The notes below the pieces were generated by a model, which saw only the letters and a list, made by a program, of their open reading frames with translations, was not told the origin of the DNA and did no database searches. Below are positions 54,681-64,000 of a stretch of 64,000 nucleotides of DNA, one piece after another. Made by a program: the position numbers and the translations under genes. The stretch is from the human T2T-CHM13v2.0 reference genome, Homo sapiens. Each line of letters begins with the position of its first letter. Position 1 is the first letter of the stretch. Where the stretch lies: NCBI RefSeq assembly GCF_009914755.1, contig NC_060935.1; one strand, 5' to 3'.

Positions 54681-55665
54681 AACAAATTGGTCATGACAAG
54701 GGGACCCTCATAATGGCCTGTATCCACTTCTCCAGTATAGTCAGTTTAGTTCATATGTTCTGAAAACTGTTTTGGAGAAAGATAGACAGAAAAATGTCAT
54801 CATATTGAAAAATGTTCAAAGAGTAGCACTATTTATTTTTAATGCTTCTGTAGAATATGACCTATTAAAAGAAAATCTAAACTCAAATTTAAATTATCCA
54901 AATTTTAGGCAAATTATTATTTCTCAATATGCGAACACAGTATTTAGAACACAATATTAGAAACACAATTCTAACTAAAGATAAATAAGGAGAAAACATT
55001 TAGGATTTGCAGATAAGTCAACAGAAAGTGCCTGCTTTACACTCATGAGTAAAAGCACTCCAGACATTTTTATAATTGCAAGATTTTTATGCTTTTTTTT
55101 TTTTTTTTTTTTACAAAATGATGATTAGTGTGATAATGTGCTGCAAAAAATATCCAACAGCACTACACATAAGTACAGAGTATTCACAATAGTAATATGT
55201 TACTGGAAAGGCCACTTCCGAAAAGTTTACATTCACTTGGAAGGCTGCCTTAAAGTATATCTCTTATCTATGACCAAATATCTGGGGTACTTTTAGAAGT
55301 TTTCAGTACACCCCCTTAGAGAATAGCTTATGAGTTATTTCACACATTCCTGAGCACATGGCTGTGTTTAGAATGATCTAGTGTAATTCATACATGAGCT
55401 GACATACGTTGATACTTTGACGAGTAAATTGTACAGTCAAATGTTCATTGATTTCATGTTATTTCAAAGCATTTTCTTATTAAAAATATATCTTTAGTTA
55501 ATCCTATTTTGCTATGCTTTCAAGTAAAGTAAATTCACTGTAGCTAATGATGTTACAGACTTACGTATACCCTTGTATACCTGGGACAGGGCTGTTTTAT
55601 ACCAATAAACAGCAAAATATTGTCCTTACTCATTCAAGAATTAAAAGGATAAATTTTAAAAATGT
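54681..55665 (+). other. GAS2: GAS2 3' UTR (end approximate)
   Basis: Repeat-free AU-rich sequence after the stop; T20 tract at 55093-55112; poly(A) signals near 55604-55645. Confidence 0.75.
55604..55645 (+). terminator. Candidate polyadenylation signals AATAAA (55604-55609) and ATTAAA (55640-55645)
   Basis: First canonical AATAAA I could find after the stop, with an upstream TGTA; further ATTAAA at 54864 and 55479. Confidence 0.65.
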
Positions 55666-56419
55666 TATCTGTCTCTAAATCAATGCCTCATTCTGAAATC
55701 AAGTTAATTTTCAAATGGCAACTTTCTCCAACAGTTATAAGAAGAATCAAATTAGGGCTCCCTGGCACTTCTTCACTTTGGGAGATGAGTGATGGTGGTG
55801 TTAGTTTTCCTTAGCAGAGAGTTCAGGTTTTATTATAAGTGCTGCTCTCAGTATAAAAAGGATAGAAAATTAATTTTTCATGTATTCATTTTTCAACATC
55901 AACAAAAGAATCCACCTTTCTTGCTCCAAAAAGTCAGGAAGGAAGAATATTTGTCACATGACAAATTTAGTCAAAATATACATAATGTGTTAATTGAGAA
56001 GTTCTTAAATAACATGCATGGCATAATTTTGTAGTGCTGGAAGTGATGATAATCATTTGGGGGAGAGAAAGTCAGTGAAACCTAAAAAAAATAAATCGAT
56101 TAAAAAAAAAAACCCTGAGATGTTGTAGGAGATAGTCACCTTGGTGCAGTGAATAATTCTAATATATTTTAAAATATAATGTTGAGTGACAAAGATTAAG
56201 ATCTTTAAATTACCTAATACTGACACTGAGTTTCTTTGTATAGTTAATGACAATATTTCCATCAACATTTTCTCCTGTGCCTAAATTTGTTCCATAAGCG
56301 TATTTATATCCTTAATAATATAATTCCACTGCCTGTCTCTAAAACAAAAATTAAAGATAATAGTCAACTTCATTAAAGAAGTGTAGCTTAACAAAAGTAA
56401 TATTAACCTCTTTATCTTT

Positions 56420-56910
56420 TGCATTAGTAGTTATCTATTGCTGCATTAAATTGCCACAAACTTGGTAGCTGAATAAGCATGTTTATTATCTCACATTTCT
56501 GCAGTCATTCAACATGGTTTCAATAGGCTAAAATCAGAGTGTCACCAAGGCTGTTTTCCTTCCTGAAGAGTCTAGGGGAGCATCCATTTCCTTTCCTTTT
56601 CCATCTTCTAGAGGCCACCTGCATTCCTAAGCTCCATGATTTCCTTCCTCCATCTTCAAAATCAGCAATGTAGCATCTCTATGACCCGTCTTCTTTCTTC
56701 ACATCTCTTTCTCTCATAGGTTGGAAAGGTTTTCTGCTTTTAACAATCACATGATTAGCTTGGATCTACCTGGATAATCTATTTTAAGGTCACTAACTTG
56801 AGCACATCTAAAGAATCGACTTTGCCATGTAACAACATATTCACAGCTTCCAGGGATTAGGACATGAACATGTTTGGCAGGGAGGGAAGGATTATGATAC
56901 CCATACCACA
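56420..56910. mobile_element. MLT1 (C/D-like) ERVL-MaLR solo LTR
   Basis: tgcattagt...ccacaaacttggtagct...tctaggggagcatccatttcc...ttccagggattaggacatgaacat...taccaca. Confidence 0.85.
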
Positions 56911-58906
56911 TCTAAGATGGTCTTTTAAGTGTCACTGAAAACATGGTCACAACTGGCACTGGAGTCTAGCTGCTAGTCAATCGGCACCAACCAGGGATGT
57001 GAAAAAAACTGAGACTATATTCAGCCTCTTACTCCTCAACTCCTTATTGAAGACTGGCCAGGACATAGACCAAGTAGGTTAATGTCACCTTATTCTCAGC
57101 TAGATGTAAGATCCAAAGAAGGACAATGGAGAGATGGGTCCAATAGCCAATGAATAAAGGATTAAAAAGTCTAAATAGTCTAGAAATCTGGTTGCAAACA
57201 GAGTGGAAACATCTCAAACCAGAAGTTCAAGTAAATAGTAAAAAGGCCACAGTGAGAAATAATATCAACACACTGAGCAGACTAGGCTGATTCTGAAATT
57301 AGGTGACTCAATGCTATCATATTCAGTGTCTCCTGATGTGGGTGGGGACAGAATAGTACCTACAGGATACCTGGTAAAAGTGCTTGAATCAGAGACATAT
57401 AAGGAATGATTTCAGGAACGCTGGGAGGTGTTCATTTTTTATTGTTAAGAAATTACTTGGAGGAACTGTTAGCTGTCTTGTCTACAGATTGTTTTGTACT
57501 AGCAAAAAGAATAGAAGCAGGGAGAAAGAGTAGAAAACTCTGGATCACCAAATGTAGCTCAAAGGAAAGAGGAACTTTGTTACAAAAATGATCCAAGACA
57601 CAATGCCCACCTTATAAGGTACTTGACACTTTGCCACTGAAAAGACAATATCGACTAGAGTTGACTTCCTCAAAGATGTTACCAAAAGAACATTTAAGAA
57701 CACTGGGTGAGTAAACTAAATTTAAACTTGTTTGTGATTAATTAAATTTTTTCTCAGATTCCTCTCTCTGGGTCATGTTGGGGCTATCTTTGTCCTTAGG
57801 GTTTCTGAAGACCATTGACTATCTCTCAGAAAAGAGCATGAAATGAGTTTTTCTAGACATATGAAGAAGGAAACCAACCAACTACATCTCTAATGTGTAA
57901 AATATCTTCAGATTAACCATGAAGTTATGAAATCTTATAATCCTCTCATTTTGCATTTTAAGGGCCATAAGGCATCAGAAAGTTTAAATAATTTGCCTAA
58001 GGTAAAACAGGTAATGGCTCTAATTCCAATGCTTTTCTTTTCTTAAAATTCTATTTCATGAATCTTAATCAGATTGGGGTAAAACGGGTCAAATCTCAAT
58101 CCCAATTCATAGAAACTCAAAAGTGGAAAGATTAAAAATTATCTCAAGTCCTCTGATTTTAAAGTTGAGGAAATTTTCTAGCTAAATTTCCCCAAAGTTA
58201 AACATGCGTCTGAAACTCATGCCTTTAGATGCACAATTAAATGTTATTTCTATGATCTCTAGTGTCAAAATCTTTGTGCATAAAAGGATCTTAGTAGCTG
58301 AGAGTTGGAAGGAGTCTTGAAGTATTGAAGACTAATGGCCTGACTGATAACTGCTGTTCACATTGCTATATCATGTGTTTATCTCCTATAAAAGTAATTC
58401 ATATTATTTTGGGGGCCCTGTGGGAAATTTATTTTTACCATTTTGAGAAATATACAACTGTTTTCCAAAATGGGTGTACCAATTCCTCTTTACACCAGCA
58501 ACGTACGATAGTTTGTTTTTCCATATCCTTGCCAACAATTGGTATTTCCACTTTTACCAATCATAGCCATTGGAGGAAAAAAGGGAGGGCGTGTTTTTTA
58601 CTTTAATTTCCTTTTTCCTAATGACTAATGAAGCTGAACATCTACGTGGTAATGCTTGTTTTACAGTTTCTTTGGTGAAATGCTATTCAAATCTTTTGTA
58701 CGTTTTTAATTGGATTATTTTATTGAGATGTAAGAGTTCTATGAATTCTGGATATAAGCTACTTATTTACAGTCTACAGTTTGCCCTTTTTCTTTTCTTC
58801 TGTTCCTCTCCTGTCTCTCTCTCTCCCCTCCTCCTCCCCGCCCACCTCCCCCTCCCCCATCTCCCTGCCCCCACTTTTCTCTCCTCTCTCTCCCCTCTCT
58901 TCTTTT

Positions 58907-59180
58907 GAGACGGAATATCATCCAGGCTGGAGTTCAGTACTACGAATCTCGGCTCACTGCAACCTCCACCTCCTAGGTTCAAACAATTCTCATGCCTCAG
59001 CCTCCTGAGTAGCTGGGACTACAGGCACGCACCACCATGCCTGGCTAATTTTTGTATTTTTAGTAGAGACAGGGTTTCACAATGTTGGCCAGGCTGGTCT
59101 CAAACTCATGAATTCCAGCGATCCACCCGCCTTGGCCTCCCAAAGTGCTGGGATTGCAGGCGTGAGCCACTGCGCCCAGC
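58907..59180 (-). mobile_element. Alu (S/J-type) with CT-rich degenerate tail (58786-58906)
   Basis: Alu dimer ending gagccactgcgcccagc. Confidence 0.92.
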
Positions 59181-59659
59181 TGCCTTTGAAATTTAATAGT
59201 GCTTTTGAAATTAAAATTTTATGAAGTTCAATTTATTTTTTAAATTAATAATGCTTTTGGTGTCATATCCAAGAAATCTTTGCCTAACTCAAGGTCATAA
59301 GGATTTTTTCGCATGTTTTCATCTAGAAGTTCCATGGTTTTAGTTACTGCATTCAGCTCTATGACACATTTTAATTTTTGTGTATGGTGTGAAGTAAAGG
59401 CTTGAGTTAATTTTATTGGCATATGGATTCAGTTTTCCCAGCACCATTTGTTGAAAATGTTATTTCCCCATTTCTCCATTGAAGTGCCCTGTAAAAAATG
59501 TAAGTTTATTTCTAAACCTTCTATTCTATTTCACTGATCTAGCAGCTATCCTTAGGCCAATACCACACTATCTTGACTATTGTGACGTTATAGTACATTT
59601 TGATATCAGGCTGTATAAATTTTCCTACTTTTCTCAGCAATTGCAATTTTAAAAGACAA

Positions 59660-61424
59660 TTTTGACTTTTATTTTACATTCAGTGGGTACGCATGAAGGT
59701 TACATGGATACATTGCATAATGCTGAGCTTTGGGGTGAAATTGATCTCATCACCCAGGTGACTATAGTATCCAATAGTCAGTTTTTCAAACATTGCCCTC
59801 CTCCCTCTCTCCCCACTCTAGAGTAGTGCCCAGTATCTATTGTTGCCATCTTTACATCCATGAGCATCTAATGCTTACTTCTCACTTATAAGTGAGAACA
59901 TGTGGTATTTGGTTTGGTTTCTGCATAAATTCATTTAGAATAATGGCCTTCAGCTGCATCCATATTGCTGCAAAGGACATAATTATGTTGTTGTTATGGC
60001 TGTGTGTAATATTCCATGGCATATATGTATCATATTTTCTTTATCTAGTTTACCATTGATGGACACCTAGGTTGATTCCATGTCTTTGCTATTGTGAATA
60101 GTGCTGCAATGAACATACATGAATGCATGGCTTTTTTGGTAGAATGATTCATTTTCTTTTGGATATATACCCTGTAATGGGATTGCCAGGTCCAATACCA
60201 GTTCTAAGTTCTTTGAGAAGTCTCCAAACTGCTTTCCACAGTGGCTGAACTGAATGACTTACATTCCCACCAATAGTGTATTAGCATTCCCTTTTCACCA
60301 CAGCCTCAGCAGCATCTGTTGTTTTCTTAAGTTTTTAATACTAGCCATTCTGACTGGCGTGAAATATATCTGACTGTGGTTTTGATTTGGTTATCTGATT
60401 AGTGATGATGAGCATGTTTTCACATTTCTTGGCCACTTGTATGTCTTCTTTTGAGACGTCTGTTCATGTATTTTACCCATTTTTCAATGGGGTTATTTTT
60501 GACTTGTTGAACTAAGTTCCTTATAGATTCTGCATATTAGACCTTTGTCAGGTGCATAGTTTGTGATTATTTTCTCCCATCCTGTGGATTGTCTGTTTAC
60601 TCTGTTGATAGTTTTGCTTGCAGAAACTGTTTGTCTCACTTGTCAATTTTTATTTTTGTTGCAATTGCTTTTGAGGACTTAGGCATAAATGTTTTCCCAA
60701 GGCTGATATCCAGAATAGTGTATTCTAGGTTTTCTTCTAGGATCCTTATAGTCTGAGATCTTACAATTAAATCTTTCTTTAATCCATCTTGAGTTTCATT
60801 CTTCTGCTTACAGCTAGCCAGTTATTCCAGTACCACTTATTGACTAGTGAGTGTTTTCTCCATTGCAATTTTCATCAACTTTGTCAAAGACCAGATGGCT
60901 CTAGTTGTGCAGCTTTATTTCTGAATTCTCTATTCTGTTCCATTCTGTGAAAAAATGACATTGGTAGCTTGATAGGAACAGCAGTGAATTTATAGATTGC
61001 TTTGGGCAGTATGTCCATTTTAATGATATTGATTCTTCCAATCCATAAGCATGGAACATTTTTCCATTGGTTTCTTTCAGTGTGTATTGTAATTCACCGT
61101 TTAGAGATATTTCACCTCTTTGGTTACATGCATTCCTAGGTAGTTACTGTGTGTGTGGCTATTGTAAATTGGATTGCATTCTTGATTTGGCTCTCAACTT
61201 GAATATTATTGATGTATAGAAACGCTACTGATTTTTGCACATTTACTTTGTATCCTGAAACTTTACTGAAGTTGTTTATCCATTTTAAAGCCTTTTGGCA
61301 GAGTCATTAGGGTTGTCTAGGTATAGTATCATGTTGTCAGCGAAGAGAGAGAGTTTGACAACTTTTTTCTATATGGATGCTTTGTATTTTTTTTCTCTTG
61401 CCTGACTGCTCTGGCTAGTACTTC
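59660..61424 (-). mobile_element. 5'-truncated, internally deleted L1PA15/16-like element
   Basis: Collinear with the L1 at 25030; candidate TSD cctacttt at 59624-59631 and 61425-61432. Confidence 0.9.
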
Positions 61425-62156
61425 CCTACTTTGTTTTTTCAAAACTGTTTTGGCTTTTCTAAGTCTTGCATTTCCATATAAATTCAAGGATCATCTTATT
61501 AAGTTCTCTAGAAAAGTTTGCTGGGATTTTGCACTGAATTTACTGGCCCATTTGAGAATTACCATCTTCCAATCCAAAAACATACAATGTTTCTTCATTT
61601 AGATCTTAATTTATTGGCAATGTTTTGTCATTTTTAATGTCTACAGTTTTATTTTTCCTAAATATTTTATTTGTTGATATTGTAATTTAAATTTTCCCAC
61701 TTTCAATTACAGATTTTTCATTGCTTGCATATAAACATAGAATTGACTTTCATATACTTTTCATTCTGCAAGATTACTAAAGTCATTTATTAGTTCCAGA
61801 AGTTTTTGTGGAACCTCTGAGAATTTTCTACCTGAGACACTTGGTATTAACCTACTTTAAATATATCTGTTACATTTATAATGTAACTATGTCTAAGAAA
61901 TATAGACAGAGAAAAGGGCATTTTAGGAGTTTGATAGGAAAAGGAGTTTAGCATAACTCCTTGATATCTGACTTATGTAACAAGATAAATTTCAGGGAAA
62001 TAGCCTAGAGAGCACCAATCTGTGTGCAAAACTAATTAGTTCCACTTGAGATAAGTTAGAGGTACTTGCAAAGAATGGATCAAACCTGTTTTGATAACTA
62101 GAAGACATTAACTCAAAACTCAACACAAATTTGGTATTATAAATATAGCCAATGCA

Positions 62157-64000
<1,844 letters not shown>

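Larger units (their letters stand above)
58440..61830 (-). mobile_element. Old L1M fragments hosting an Alu and an L1PA15/16
   Basis: aactgttttccaaaatgggtgtaccaatt; tttggtgtcatatccaagaaatctttgcctaac; resumes after 61430 (ttgcatttccatataaatt). Confidence 0.75.

Overview
This is AT-rich primate genomic DNA, most likely human. The only supportable coding sequence is the terminal exon of GAS2 (+ strand, 54462-54680), which encodes the C-terminal half of the GAR domain plus the tail. About 54 kb of the last GAS2 intron precedes it and a ~1 kb 3' UTR follows. The rest is Alu, L1, L2, MIR, LTR and DNA-transposon remnants and microsatellites. The far right end may be the 3' UTR of a convergent gene (SVIP, from recalled gene order). 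Nearly all other listed ORFs are repeat-derived or chance. I found no new gene system. The most unusual features are structural. (1) Three same-family, same-orientation ERV1 solo LTRs, each with its own 4-bp flanking repeat, lie within 2.9 kb just upstream of the last exon. (2) There are several apparent templated-insertion repair scars, including a 39-bp inverted copy of nearby DNA inside an Alu and a MIR turned into a double hairpin. (3) There are local duplications and a foreign ~205-bp filler inside an L1. Repeat subfamily names come from recalled consensus sequences and need RepeatMasker/Dfam confirmation.
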